From NCBI GenBank assembly GCA_963930145.1, contig CAWVLM010000038.1, forward strand, positions 1-54,836: a stretch of 54,836 nt of DNA, written 5' to 3'. Source of the DNA: Clostridia bacterium (GTDB lineage Bacteria; Bacillota; Clostridia; Christensenellales; UBA1242). The translations under genes were made by a program, and so were the position numbers. Shown piece after piece: positions 17,292 to 28,271 of the stretch (its first letter is position 1; each line of letters opens with the position of its first letter). Below the pieces are notes generated by a model that was not told where the DNA came from, made no database searches, and saw only the letters and a program-made list of their open reading frames with translations.

Positions 17292-20200
17292 ATGAAAAGA
17301 AGGTTAAAAGAGAAAAAAGCAAAGAAATCAAGCGGTAAAAAGTGGCCGTTGTGGCTGACTTTCATACTTGTCATTGCAGCGGTAGGTGCTATATCTGGCA
17401 TAACAGTGCTAGGCGTTTATCTTGCAGGTGGTTTTGAAGAGCGAATAATAAACCCAGAGGCAATAGCTTTTTCTTACGATGAAAGTCTATATAATGAAAG
17501 CACAGGGCAACTTGAGGTTACAGATGATTTTACTTTAACTATCACAACTCCAACAGACCCTGTCACAGAAACGGCAGTCACACTTTCTTTCACAAGTGGT
17601 CTTTTCCATAAATTTGATGGGGATGACGGCGTAACATACATAGATAATGAGATAATTCAAGTTCCAGAGGTGGTAACGCTTGGTCAGCCTTTTCAGGTCA
17701 AGCTTATACGCGACAACTATCTTGTAGACAGCGAAGGGAAGGAAATATTAGATGAATATAATCGGTCTATAGATTGGATTGTTGGCGGAATTTCGGTTTT
17801 GCAAGCAAGAAGTGAATATAACATGATAAGTGCAGTCACTTTGCAAATTGCAGTAGATGTTCCTGTATATATGACAGAGACAGTGGCAATCAACTCAACA
17901 ACAGAGACAACAAACCAAATAGTAACAGGCGAGGCGTTCCATCTTGACACAATATTCTACCCAGCAAAGAGTGAATACATATATAGTGATGATGCAAACA
18001 GTAATATTGACGAAGAGAATAAACGTGTAAAACATGCTTACTATCAAGCAATAAATGTGGATGCAAGCAGCCTTTCAACGCGATATGATGGAAGATATGA
18101 TGTAAGTTTTATTGCAGGCGATCAAGCGGTTGATAATATAACCATGATGGGTTATACATTTAGAGATGCTGCAACTCAAATAGCAACAGAAAACCTATAT
18201 ATAGATTCAACAGACGAGCTTTTCTATTCACAGGTTTTAGGATATCTTTTCTCTTCAACAAACGACGTTTCTTCTTCTTTAAATATAAGAATTGGTGCGG
18301 CTAGCGTATATAATTTCACTGTAAGCAAGGCAGGCTCAACAGTATCAATGAACGCAGACAGCACTATGAGAATATATTTAAACCAATATTTATATGACCA
18401 AAGTGCCGAGTTTTTAGGGGTTAATATCTATTCAACATCAGGCTCTATAATTGAAAATATGCTCCCAAACCTAGCACTTTCCTTTGAATACAACGGCTCA
18501 GACCCAACGCTTGATGAAAACGCCTTTTTAACAGTACGCGGCGGTGAAAGCGTTGTGGTAGACGGAGTTACATACTATAAGCCATATTCAAATGTTTCAA
18601 ATTATAACTATAGTTATTGGGATTTATTGTCTTCACAAAACGCAAATATAACAGTTAGCGTTGTGCTTTTAATTGAAAATGAAGATGGTTCTTATTCGCT
18701 TTTTGGAGAGCCTTCTCTTATTTACAATTTCACCTTGTCAGTTGAAAGACATGCCGAGTCTGCAATCTCTTGGGCTGATTCAAGCGATATCGATGTTATG
18801 CTTAACTATAACACCGATGGCAGCATCAATCCTTACACATTAAATTTGGACGGGCTTGTATCTATACCAACAGACAATATCTATCAAAGCTATGTTTTCT
18901 TTGCATACTTTGGTGAAGGAGAAAAGGATGCACTAGTTCCAACAGCAAACACAATCATTGGCTCAACAGGTTATAACTATGATTTAACAGGCTACTATTC
19001 AACAGATATAGATAACCTTATGCTCTTTGCAATAAATGGCAGCACAATCACTCTTCAAAACACAGGCACGTTTAGATTATATTATGCAACAATTATAACA
19101 GAAAATGGTGTTCCTGTATATGAAGAAGACCAAAGCGGAAATAGAACATATCAGATTGCCATGATGTGCAACGAATATATAACTGTAACGTGCGAAAAAT
19201 CTCTTTATCAAGATTCAATTCGTGCTGGCGAGATTGACGTCAGTGCTTTCCCAGAGGTGAATGGCGAAATTGCAATAAATCAAGGTGCAACTCAAACAAT
19301 CAGCGTAACATTTAGGGTGATGGCAGAATCTGTATCTGTATTCCAAGAAGAATACGACAATGGTTATATCAATCTATTTGTAAGAAGTTCGCAAGGTGCC
19401 GATGTAAGTTCATATTTCTCAATAGTAAGCAGAGAATTCTCTATTGATGGAACGTCAGGCGAAGGCGTGCTTAAATATCAAGTCAATGTGAATACTGGAA
19501 TAAGTATAGATATTTTAAATGGAATATATATCTCTCAATTTGTATTAAATTATAATGATAATGATGACACTAACATTGATTGGGTTATAGATGCTCCAGC
19601 CGAAACAAATATTTGTATCTACAGCCCAGTAGCTACCAATCTTGAAATAGCCCCAGAAGGAGCATATGATTACAATAGTTTTATAACAGGCGAGGAAACT
19701 ATCTATGTAAATCAATCTTTAAATGCTGGTGGCAATTTTTCAACAACTATCAGTCTTGGGAATGTTGAACTTAGTAGCGTAACAGAACTTTTGGCAAGAC
19801 TTTTAGGTGCTGACAATAGCTATGTCACAATAACAGACCAAAAAGATAGAATAGATACTCTTGCAGGGAATTGGAAATTTGTTGTTTCAAACGGCTCTGC
19901 TGATGCAGTCAATCTAAACGGACAAACCTTCACCTTCAGACAGGCTAGCGGTGCCGAGGTGACTCTTGCTCTTGCAAGCACTGACGGCAATGCAACGAGC
20001 TTGACAAATGGACAAAGCATAACTTTAAATATCTCATCTGTTGGTGTAACCTATGCCGATAGCACAGATTCACTTGACCCATTTACAAATGATGACTACA
20101 CGGAAGAGACTGATATATCAAACATCGCTGTAAGCAAATATGGTGCAAAGTCAAACAGTGCGACAGACACAATCAACCTAAGCACTCTTGTAAGATTTTA

Positions 20201-23200
20201 TATAGGCGAAGAAGCTGGCAGAACTCAGTATAACAACATACGTTTTCAGCTCAGCCAACAATATCTCAATGACAGCACGCTAACTGATGATATGATTGTT
20301 GACCTATTTGGACCTGACGGCATGCTTACATTATTTAATGAAACAGGCGTTATTTCAGGACTAGACGGCACTGCCGCGTCTATTAGGGCAGCACTAAGCG
20401 GACAGACAATCACAAAAGTTATGATAAATAAAGACTTTGCGGTAGACCATATTATAAGGTTCACCATTTCAGATACAGGAGAAAATGGTGCAATAAGTTC
20501 AACGTTAAGTTTAACGCTACTTTCAAATTTATCAATTTCATCTCAAAACTATCCAAATAATGGTGAAACTTTATATGCAAGTGCAGCTTTAGAACTAGAA
20601 AATACTGTTACGAATAATTATCTTAACTATAAGTCTGGGATTTACGATAATTCTTTTGCTTCACTCTATGATGACGGCGTGTCAATGTATTATATAGTAA
20701 GAAGTGGCAACAATTATATCTTGCAAGATACCATGCCTTCGTCTTATGTGGGAATATTCTATGCCCAAGAAACTAACGTAGGCGGAACATTCATTCCAGC
20801 AGGAACAATCATCTTCTCAGACTTTTGGAACGTTCCATCTCAGACATATTCAATAACATTTACACCAGATGGCGAGAATTACTTTACATTGAGCCGTACA
20901 TTAAGCTTTGTGGTAACTCGCGACCTTGCCATAACTGACCTTGAAAATGTTTACTATATAATGAACGATGGGGCAAACTATGGTATATCAAACTTTGTAA
21001 GTCTGCATAGAATGTCCACAGCAGGCAGCACAGCAGACACAGCCATAAACGGAATCGATGTGGAATATGTATTCTCTGATTATCTAGTTTATGAAAATAA
21101 CAATGTCACAAAGAGCGATGACGCATTCTTTGTATTTGATTATAACACAACTGAGCTTATCACAACCTTAACAATAAATTATCTAGTTCGTGGTGCAAAT
21201 GACATAATATTAAATAGAGTAGAGCTTGGCTCTGTTGAAATCAAAATAAAATTGTATTCTAATGGCGATGATTTTGACCTTTACGAGTATATTGCAAGCT
21301 TAATATCTTATGATTCAAACTACAGCATAAAGGCAGAAGTTCAAAATGTGGGTTCAACAGAATATATAATGCTTCAAGAAGGCACTTGGTTCTTAAATGA
21401 TGACTTTGCTATACTTGGAACAAACAGCTTCAACATCTATGGCAATTTAAGAACATATGCCACAGACGGCAACTCACAATCAACATCTAACTACTTAGGT
21501 GTAACTTATGATTCAACAGGGCACACTGTTATAGATGAAGAAGGCTTGGAAATAACACTAACAGGCACAAGACTTACAACAAGAAATTCAAGTGGCAGAC
21601 TGCTTCAAGGCCTTGATAGTGAAAAACTCTTCCTTGTTGTATACTTTGGTTCTGCAAATGAAAATTATGGCGAGAAGCCAGAATTTCCAGGTTCTATTGC
21701 GGTAATGTACGTGCCAATAGTAATATCATCAATTGGCTATGATTATGTAAATTATGAAAGCGAGCTTGAGGCTAGCAGCAATCTCGCAACCGCCATGACC
21801 GACCCTAATACTCTTATTGAAAATGGTATTTATGATATAGTAACAGCAGGGCAGGTAACACAAATTTTAAGCGAATATACATTCGGTGAAACTGTTGCAA
21901 ATGGCTTATATATGATTACAAATTCAAGTTTATCAGTAAATATCGAATATTATCCTATTGATACAACAGGTTCAGTTCAAACTAATTCTGAAATAGTCAA
22001 ACTTATTTCTATAGAGTCGCAGCAAGTTGGAAGCGGCGAATATGAAAGAGTGGGCAATCTATATCTTAACCACCTTACAAATTCAATTGATGATTTCTAC
22101 CTGGCATTAAGATACACAATTTCAAACTCGAGTGACAGCCGTGAATTTTTCTACGTGCTTAAAGTTATTCCAGATGTCATTGTAGAAGAATCTGTATATG
22201 GCTATAATGGCAATTCAGAATTCTTAGAAAGCGAAGTGAACAGCGAAAATATGGTTGAGCTTGACCATATATTTGGTGCAACCACGCTTAACGAAAATCA
22301 AAAAAGATTCAACATCACAAAAGTTCTTCCACTAGTTGAAGGGTATGCGATAGAAGAAGCTTATAAATATTTAACTATCACAAATGATTCTGAGCAAGTT
22401 ATATCCACTTTAGACGCAATTATACAGCGAGACATGACGATTTCAGTATCTCGCGTGGATGAAAACGATGATGTAACAGGCGACTTGCAGCTTATCACAA
22501 TCACAACACTAGAGCAAATAGTCGACCTAGCAGATTATTTTGAAGATATTGCAAGTGGCGATAGATTTGTAATTGAAATTATTGCAGGTGAAGGTGATTT
22601 ATTCTATAACGGGCAACAGATACAGGTTTCACACGACACCATCACAGACTTGCAAGTCGAGGTCACAGAAGAGATGCAAGTATGGTTTACATTATATAAT
22701 AGTGATAATCAACTTAAGGCAGATTCTCAATTTGTGACTATCACAAAAGATGAACAAACCATTGACCTAATAGAAGTTTTTGCTGAAGCCTTTGATGCAA
22801 TTGAAGATTTTGAAATTGCAACAGGAGACATTCTCACAATCAAGATAATTTCGGGTGAAGGCGATATAATATACAATGGCACAGAAATATTCTCAGATTT
22901 AAAAGAAGAGAACGCTGTTGAAAGTGTTATGGCTGGCGAAGACCTTTATTACACAGAAGAGACATGGTCAGATTATGTAAGAATTTATTTCTCTGAAGAC
23001 TACTCAAAAATGTACTACACGCCATACACAAGCGAGCAGCTTACAATAAACATCAGGCACAGTTATAAGGGTGGGGCACAAGATGATGAGCTAGCCGTTA
23101 TAGGTGGCGAGCAGTACTACACATTCATTCTCAACACAACCACGTATAACTATTCAGTAAGGTTTGCAGAAGATGGCAAATCTCCAGTGATAACAGATGA

Positions 23201-26200
23201 AAACAGCACAACCTACACATGGGAGGTCTCTAGAGAAGATATTTCAGACGCAAGAACGCTTTCTATGGATATAAGATTGCTAGAAGGCTATATTGCAGGT
23301 TCAGCACAGAGCTACACAGAGGTTTGGAATATTCTTGAGATATCTATGACGGGTGAACGAGCAGCAAATCAAGAGATAGGTATGGGCACAGAATCTGCCG
23401 TTGTATCTTTTGATTATGATAATTCTCAAGCAAATCAAGGTCAATTTAATATCACTTTTGCAGATTATATTTCAAGTGATAGACAAATAGAATTCACGCT
23501 CTATACAGAGCAGGGCTATCTTGCAACACTTATAATAAACATATCAGCAACTGCAAGTTATGAGATTATTGCAGGAAACAGCACTTTGCTTGGCGGAAAC
23601 TCATACCAATTTAATAATGTGTTTGCTATCAGTCTAAACGGCTCAGAAACACCACTTTCTGGCAGTGACTATATAGTCACCTTAGATTCAATCACAAGTT
23701 CGTCTAAGGATATAAATGGCTTTGATGGCACAGACTTTATCATATTTGATGAAAATGCAACATTTATAGTTGCAGACCTTATCAGAGACTATAATGTAAC
23801 GCTCAGCTTTATAGTTACATTTGCAGAAAGTGCAGGCTCAAGTTATGTCAACCAAGTATTCACATTCACAGCAACGTTAACTCTTGGTCGAAATGTTACC
23901 TATAAAACAAGTGCAAACGGCGGAGCTGTTCTTGCAGGCGAAGATTTAGAAATATACGAGAGCGGCATATTTAACACAAACCATAGTTATGAAAATACAG
24001 AAATCGTATATAATGGTTCATCTTCAAGTCCAGCCTTTGCGTCAATAGAAGGAACAACAATTCATACAAACTATATTGCAAGCGACACAAATGTTGATGT
24101 AAACATGATTGTCACATTATATTTTAATTATTCAAACGCTCACACTCTAACAAATGTGGCATACCAAACCTTTACAATAACCTATTCGTTCAACGCATAT
24201 AAGAGCGTAACGCTTGACGCTAAGTATCCTTCTCCTAATGGCGAAGCTCTCACAAGAGAATATCTAGATGATGGCACATCATTTACAAATATTCTAACAG
24301 GTTTCATTTTGCATAAGCCAGCCTTCAATCAAACCGAAGGTGGAGAGCCATTAAACAGAATTACAATCAAAAAAGGCAATAGAAAGGGCACGCAACTTGA
24401 ATACGAAGATATAATATCAAGTATAACAGACACAAACAACCTTTCAATTTCAATTATTGCCATGTCAAACGCAAGTGTCTATACCGATACTGTTAAAGTG
24501 AATGACGGTGCTGATGAAAATGATACAAACTATGTGGTAAGCAGCGAAATTGAATATAACAAAAACATCACCTTTAAACGTGGCACTTGGACATCCACAA
24601 AGACCGAAAATGGCACAAAAATATCTTTCAACGATAACGGGAATGACTCCTATGTAACATTTAGAATAACCTATCAAGAAGTGTCTTGTGACTATACAGT
24701 CTATATTCTTGCAAACTCTATAATTGCTCAAATAAACTATACAAGTGCAAACGTTGCAAGTGGCAATTATTCAGATGGCGATAGCTCAATACTAGTATCC
24801 TATGAAACTCTATATGTCGACAAAACTTCAACGACCGCTTTGTTCGGGCAAAACAGAATGGCAAGCGTTGTGTTTAGCAATGACCTTGCAGTCACAGGCT
24901 CATACTATATTGTATTTGCAGCTGAAAGCAACTATAGCACTGATAGCAGCACAAATTTCTATGCATCATATCCACAATATATAAGCTCAAGTAATGCAGG
25001 GCAGATAGCAAATATAGACCTTGGTTACAGCATGGCAAAGGACGGGAACGACTTTGTATATGTTGGCACCTATGAAGTTGCAGCTTTTGAGAGCAATATG
25101 CTTACAGTTGCCGAAAATGGTTTGATTGCGAAAGCAGGCTCAACACAAAACAATGCGGCAACGTGGGCAGATATCAATAAACTCACGAATAGTGATGCAA
25201 ATCAAAGAATATTCACAAGTTTAACTCTCACTCATAGAATAGAACTTGTCTATGGCGGCTCAAATGGCGTGCCTATTGCATATAGTTATTATGGCAATAT
25301 GCTTGCTAACTTTGAGTTTATCAAAGGCTCAACTATAAATTATAAACTTGACACAATAAACGGAATATCAGTATTCGGCTCGTCGTCTCTTAATAAAGAA
25401 GATGGCAGCACAAAAGCCGAAGTTATATTCTCCTTAAATTACTACTTTAAGCCAAGTATAGATATTGACGTAGATGAAAAGATATCAAGCCAGAATAACT
25501 ATATTGAACTTGAGGTAAACTATGAAATTCCAAGTATGGTAGAGCTCTTTGGCGTTCGTCACCCAACAACAGGAGAATATATCAATGAAGCCGATTTCGG
25601 AGCTGGTAAGGCTAATTTAAGTTTTGAAAGTGTAAATTATCAAGTAAATAATAAATTAAATACTGTTGATGAATCTTATCAAGATATCCTTGACGGGTAT
25701 ATCTCAACCTATAATTTTGCAGACGAAGGCTTTAGGATTCAAGCACAAGACGATGGTACAAATAAATATGTATATCTATTCTCATCAGCCATCCTAAACG
25801 CAGGGCAATATGCCTATGACTATATGCTGCTGCCACTTGGTGCAGATAATCAAGGTGACTTTGTTCTCACAAGACTTGCTTATACCGTTCCATTAGATGG
25901 GACAACACTGTCCTATGAAAAGGAATTTTATATCGTAGTTAAAGTCGTTCCAGATTATCAAATAACCTATGGTGGAAATGTTGTAGAAAATGACTTAAAT
26001 AGTGACGCAGTCACAAATCAAGGCAATCCATACAATATTGTAAGCCTTACAACAGATTCAAATACAAATATAACTCATTATAGTGAATTTACTTTAACAA
26101 GCTCCAGCACCGTAACAGATGGACATGTTTCTGTAAGACATACCAATGGTGATAACACCTCGGTAGAACTTGCAACTTCCAACTTCACGATAACAATGGC

Positions 26201-28226
26201 TGTTCCAGGCACAACAATAGAAGGTATTGAATATAATAATGCAACAAATATAAATCAAAAATTGCAGGCTGATTTAAATAGGGCTTGGGGAAAAAGTAAT
26301 AACACATACACATTGAAGGAGGGATTTAACACGACCTTCACATCAGCAAAAGAAGTAATTTTTGGGACTCAATATTACTACATTCAAGCGGTAGACCCAT
26401 ATGGTTTCACATATATTCTATATTTCAGCTTACAATCATCTTATTCAGAACCTGACATAAAAGCTGATACTATTTCGCTTACCGAACTTGGCTATATTGA
26501 CTTTGGTGCTCAATATGAGCTTATCAGTGTTCAAGAAGTGGTAAAAGATGATGAAACAGAATTCTATATCAATTCACAAACCTATCCACCTGAAACCACA
26601 GACGCATCAGTTCAACTTGTTGAAATCACAGGCATTGAGGCCTATCTGTTCAGTGCCGATCCAACAGGTATAGGCGGAATATCCCAAAAAGAGAAGGGTG
26701 GTGGTTATGAAATAACAAACACTGAAGATCAAAACAAATGGCCAAACTATAACGAAGACATCTCTTATTTTGAAGTTCCGATGCTAAACTATGTAACAGT
26801 TGACTCAATTATGTTCTATGATATGGACGATAATGCAATTATAAAAAATGCTATAGAGCCAACAAAAATAGGAACGGAAAGCGGCTATACTCTTGCTACA
26901 ACCACAAGTTCATCAGGCGAAGAAAGTGGCATGGCAATCTATAACGGTCTTGGCACAAATAACACAGGTCGTCTTCCTTATGAAAACCCAGGGGAAGATA
27001 AGAATAACCTAGTTGATGGGCAACAATATTTGCCATTCCAAGTTCCGCGTATCACAGATACAAGTTTATTTGAAGATAGCAACACCGCCCAAGCACAAAT
27101 GGTTGTTAGACTTAAATATAAAAAAGACACAACAATAGAATATTATGACTTAAAGGTTAATGTAACTATCACAAGAGAAGTCACGATCATGTCAAATGAA
27201 GGTGCTTCACCTGTCAGAGATGGTGTAGGCTTTAATTTGAGTGGCGAATTTGAAGTAACAAGCGGTGGGGACAAATTGGATAGTAAGAAAGTTACATACC
27301 TAAATGATACACTTGAAGTTCTTGTCAATGGCGGGCAATCAACATCGTTTGAGATGTATCTATATAGAGACGACAGTCTATATAATAATACTCCGGCAAT
27401 TGTTGATATATCTAACACAGGCAATAGTTGGGCGAGAACAGAGTATATTTCAATATCACAGTATTTAAGAACCAATGTACAACTTGGTGATGAAATACAA
27501 ATTGTTCCACGCGATCAAAATGCAACATTCTATTATGTATATAATAATGGTGCAAGTGCAACATACTATCAATATCAAGTATTTGCTAAAGCGGATGGTT
27601 CTCTTGCAATTAAACAGGCGGGCAGGCCAAATATAGAATGTAACATTCTAATAAGGGAAATAGCTCAAGATGTTATCTATGTTGAAAACGCATCACTACT
27701 TGAGGCTAGAAATTATTATAACGTAAGAAAATACTATATTGTCAGCGTAAACTTTGGCGGAAGCGGCAGTGCAACTCCATTTAACTATAGAGTTTCTAAA
27801 AATTATTATGTAACTGGAAGATATTTCATGCTGCAACGCAATTATACAGCCCAAGATATCATACCATCTATCAATTGCACAGAATATCAAGGTCAGCGTA
27901 TATCGCTTCTTGCCCAATGGTCAGGCACAGCTTATTTCAGTCTCCACTATGCTACTAGTGAGCTTCAGCCAGATACTACTAACACTATAGGGCTATCTTC
28001 AGCAGCTTCAGTATTAACCTTTACTCTTGATGCAACAGATGGTGCGTCTGGTAATGCTGAGGTTAGTGATAATGGAACGATTACATTCTATAATTCATTT
28101 ACTTATGATCAATATGTAAAGATTATCATTAGAATGAAAGTTTCGGGAGCTGATAGAGAAATCAGTGATGATGGCGGACTTGTCACGCTTGGCACGTTAA
28201 AACTTCGCTGGAAAGAAAAATTTTAA
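17292..28226 (+). CDS. Giant (3644 aa) N-terminally membrane-anchored surface protein, no recognisable domain
   Basis: Uninterrupted 10.9-kb ORF. K-rich cytoplasmic head (MKRRLKEKKAKKSSGKK) followed by one TM (WPLWLTFILVIAAVGAISGITVLGVYLAGG). The rest is T/S/N/Y/I/V/G-rich. No LPXTG-like C-terminus. Confidence 0.85.
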   Translation: MKRRLKEKKAKKSSGKKWPLWLTFILVIAAVGAISGITVLGVYLAGGFEERIINPEAIAFSYDESLYNESTGQLEVTDDFTLTITTPTDPVTETAVTLSFTSGLFHKFDGDDGVTYIDNEIIQVPEVVTLGQPFQVKLIRDNYLVDSEGKEILDEYNRSIDWIVGGISVLQARSEYNMISAVTLQIAVDVPVYMTETVAINSTTETTNQIVTGEAFHLDTIFYPAKSEYIYSDDANSNIDEENKRVKHAYYQAINVDASSLSTRYDGRYDVSFIAGDQAVDNITMMGYTFRDAATQIATENLYIDSTDELFYSQVLGYLFSSTNDVSSSLNIRIGAASVYNFTVSKAGSTVSMNADSTMRIYLNQYLYDQSAEFLGVNIYSTSGSIIENMLPNLALSFEYNGSDPTLDENAFLTVRGGESVVVDGVTYYKPYSNVSNYNYSYWDLLSSQNANITVSVVLLIENEDGSYSLFGEPSLIYNFTLSVERHAESAISWADSSDIDVMLNYNTDGSINPYTLNLDGLVSIPTDNIYQSYVFFAYFGEGEKDALVPTANTIIGSTGYNYDLTGYYSTDIDNLMLFAINGSTITLQNTGTFRLYYATIITENGVPVYEEDQSGNRTYQIAMMCNEYITVTCEKSLYQDSIRAGEIDVSAFPEVNGEIAINQGATQTISVTFRVMAESVSVFQEEYDNGYINLFVRSSQGADVSSYFSIVSREFSIDGTSGEGVLKYQVNVNTGISIDILNGIYISQFVLNYNDNDDTNIDWVIDAPAETNICIYSPVATNLEIAPEGAYDYNSFITGEETIYVNQSLNAGGNFSTTISLGNVELSSVTELLARLLGADNSYVTITDQKDRIDTLAGNWKFVVSNGSADAVNLNGQTFTFRQASGAEVTLALASTDGNATSLTNGQSITLNISSVGVTYADSTDSLDPFTNDDYTEETDISNIAVSKYGAKSNSATDTINLSTLVRFYIGEEAGRTQYNNIRFQLSQQYLNDSTLTDDMIVDLFGPDGMLTLFNETGVISGLDGTAASIRAALSGQTITKVMINKDFAVDHIIRFTISDTGENGAISSTLSLTLLSNLSISSQNYPNNGETLYASAALELENTVTNNYLNYKSGIYDNSFASLYDDGVSMYYIVRSGNNYILQDTMPSSYVGIFYAQETNVGGTFIPAGTIIFSDFWNVPSQTYSITFTPDGENYFTLSRTLSFVVTRDLAITDLENVYYIMNDGANYGISNFVSLHRMSTAGSTADTAINGIDVEYVFSDYLVYENNNVTKSDDAFFVFDYNTTELITTLTINYLVRGANDIILNRVELGSVEIKIKLYSNGDDFDLYEYIASLISYDSNYSIKAEVQNVGSTEYIMLQEGTWFLNDDFAILGTNSFNIYGNLRTYATDGNSQSTSNYLGVTYDSTGHTVIDEEGLEITLTGTRLTTRNSSGRLLQGLDSEKLFLVVYFGSANENYGEKPEFPGSIAVMYVPIVISSIGYDYVNYESELEASSNLATAMTDPNTLIENGIYDIVTAGQVTQILSEYTFGETVANGLYMITNSSLSVNIEYYPIDTTGSVQTNSEIVKLISIESQQVGSGEYERVGNLYLNHLTNSIDDFYLALRYTISNSSDSREFFYVLKVIPDVIVEESVYGYNGNSEFLESEVNSENMVELDHIFGATTLNENQKRFNITKVLPLVEGYAIEEAYKYLTITNDSEQVISTLDAIIQRDMTISVSRVDENDDVTGDLQLITITTLEQIVDLADYFEDIASGDRFVIEIIAGEGDLFYNGQQIQVSHDTITDLQVEVTEEMQVWFTLYNSDNQLKADSQFVTITKDEQTIDLIEVFAEAFDAIEDFEIATGDILTIKIISGEGDIIYNGTEIFSDLKEENAVESVMAGEDLYYTEETWSDYVRIYFSEDYSKMYYTPYTSEQLTINIRHSYKGGAQDDELAVIGGEQYYTFILNTTTYNYSVRFAEDGKSPVITDENSTTYTWEVSREDISDARTLSMDIRLLEGYIAGSAQSYTEVWNILEISMTGERAANQEIGMGTESAVVSFDYDNSQANQGQFNITFADYISSDRQIEFTLYTEQGYLATLIINISATASYEIIAGNSTLLGGNSYQFNNVFAISLNGSETPLSGSDYIVTLDSITSSSKDINGFDGTDFIIFDENATFIVADLIRDYNVTLSFIVTFAESAGSSYVNQVFTFTATLTLGRNVTYKTSANGGAVLAGEDLEIYESGIFNTNHSYENTEIVYNGSSSSPAFASIEGTTIHTNYIASDTNVDVNMIVTLYFNYSNAHTLTNVAYQTFTITYSFNAYKSVTLDAKYPSPNGEALTREYLDDGTSFTNILTGFILHKPAFNQTEGGEPLNRITIKKGNRKGTQLEYEDIISSITDTNNLSISIIAMSNASVYTDTVKVNDGADENDTNYVVSSEIEYNKNITFKRGTWTSTKTENGTKISFNDNGNDSYVTFRITYQEVSCDYTVYILANSIIAQINYTSANVASGNYSDGDSSILVSYETLYVDKTSTTALFGQNRMASVVFSNDLAVTGSYYIVFAAESNYSTDSSTNFYASYPQYISSSNAGQIANIDLGYSMAKDGNDFVYVGTYEVAAFESNMLTVAENGLIAKAGSTQNNAATWADINKLTNSDANQRIFTSLTLTHRIELVYGGSNGVPIAYSYYGNMLANFEFIKGSTINYKLDTINGISVFGSSSLNKEDGSTKAEVIFSLNYYFKPSIDIDVDEKISSQNNYIELEVNYEIPSMVELFGVRHPTTGEYINEADFGAGKANLSFESVNYQVNNKLNTVDESYQDILDGYISTYNFADEGFRIQAQDDGTNKYVYLFSSAILNAGQYAYDYMLLPLGADNQGDFVLTRLAYTVPLDGTTLSYEKEFYIVVKVVPDYQITYGGNVVENDLNSDAVTNQGNPYNIVSLTTDSNTNITHYSEFTLTSSSTVTDGHVSVRHTNGDNTSVELATSNFTITMAVPGTTIEGIEYNNATNINQKLQADLNRAWGKSNNTYTLKEGFNTTFTSAKEVIFGTQYYYIQAVDPYGFTYILYFSLQSSYSEPDIKADTISLTELGYIDFGAQYELISVQEVVKDDETEFYINSQTYPPETTDASVQLVEITGIEAYLFSADPTGIGGISQKEKGGGYEITNTEDQNKWPNYNEDISYFEVPMLNYVTVDSIMFYDMDDNAIIKNAIEPTKIGTESGYTLATTTSSSGEESGMAIYNGLGTNNTGRLPYENPGEDKNNLVDGQQYLPFQVPRITDTSLFEDSNTAQAQMVVRLKYKKDTTIEYYDLKVNVTITREVTIMSNEGASPVRDGVGFNLSGEFEVTSGGDKLDSKKVTYLNDTLEVLVNGGQSTSFEMYLYRDDSLYNNTPAIVDISNTGNSWARTEYISISQYLRTNVQLGDEIQIVPRDQNATFYYVYNNGASATYYQYQVFAKADGSLAIKQAGRPNIECNILIREIAQDVIYVENASLLEARNYYNVRKYYIVSVNFGGSGSATPFNYRVSKNYYVTGRYFMLQRNYTAQDIIPSINCTEYQGQRISLLAQWSGTAYFSLHYATSELQPDTTNTIGLSSAASVLTFTLDATDGASGNAEVSDNGTITFYNSFTYDQYVKIIIRMKVSGADREISDDGGLVTLGTLKLRWKEKF

Positions 28227-28271
28227 TTCAAACAATTAAATTTATATCATACATTATCAAAAGGGGGAAAT

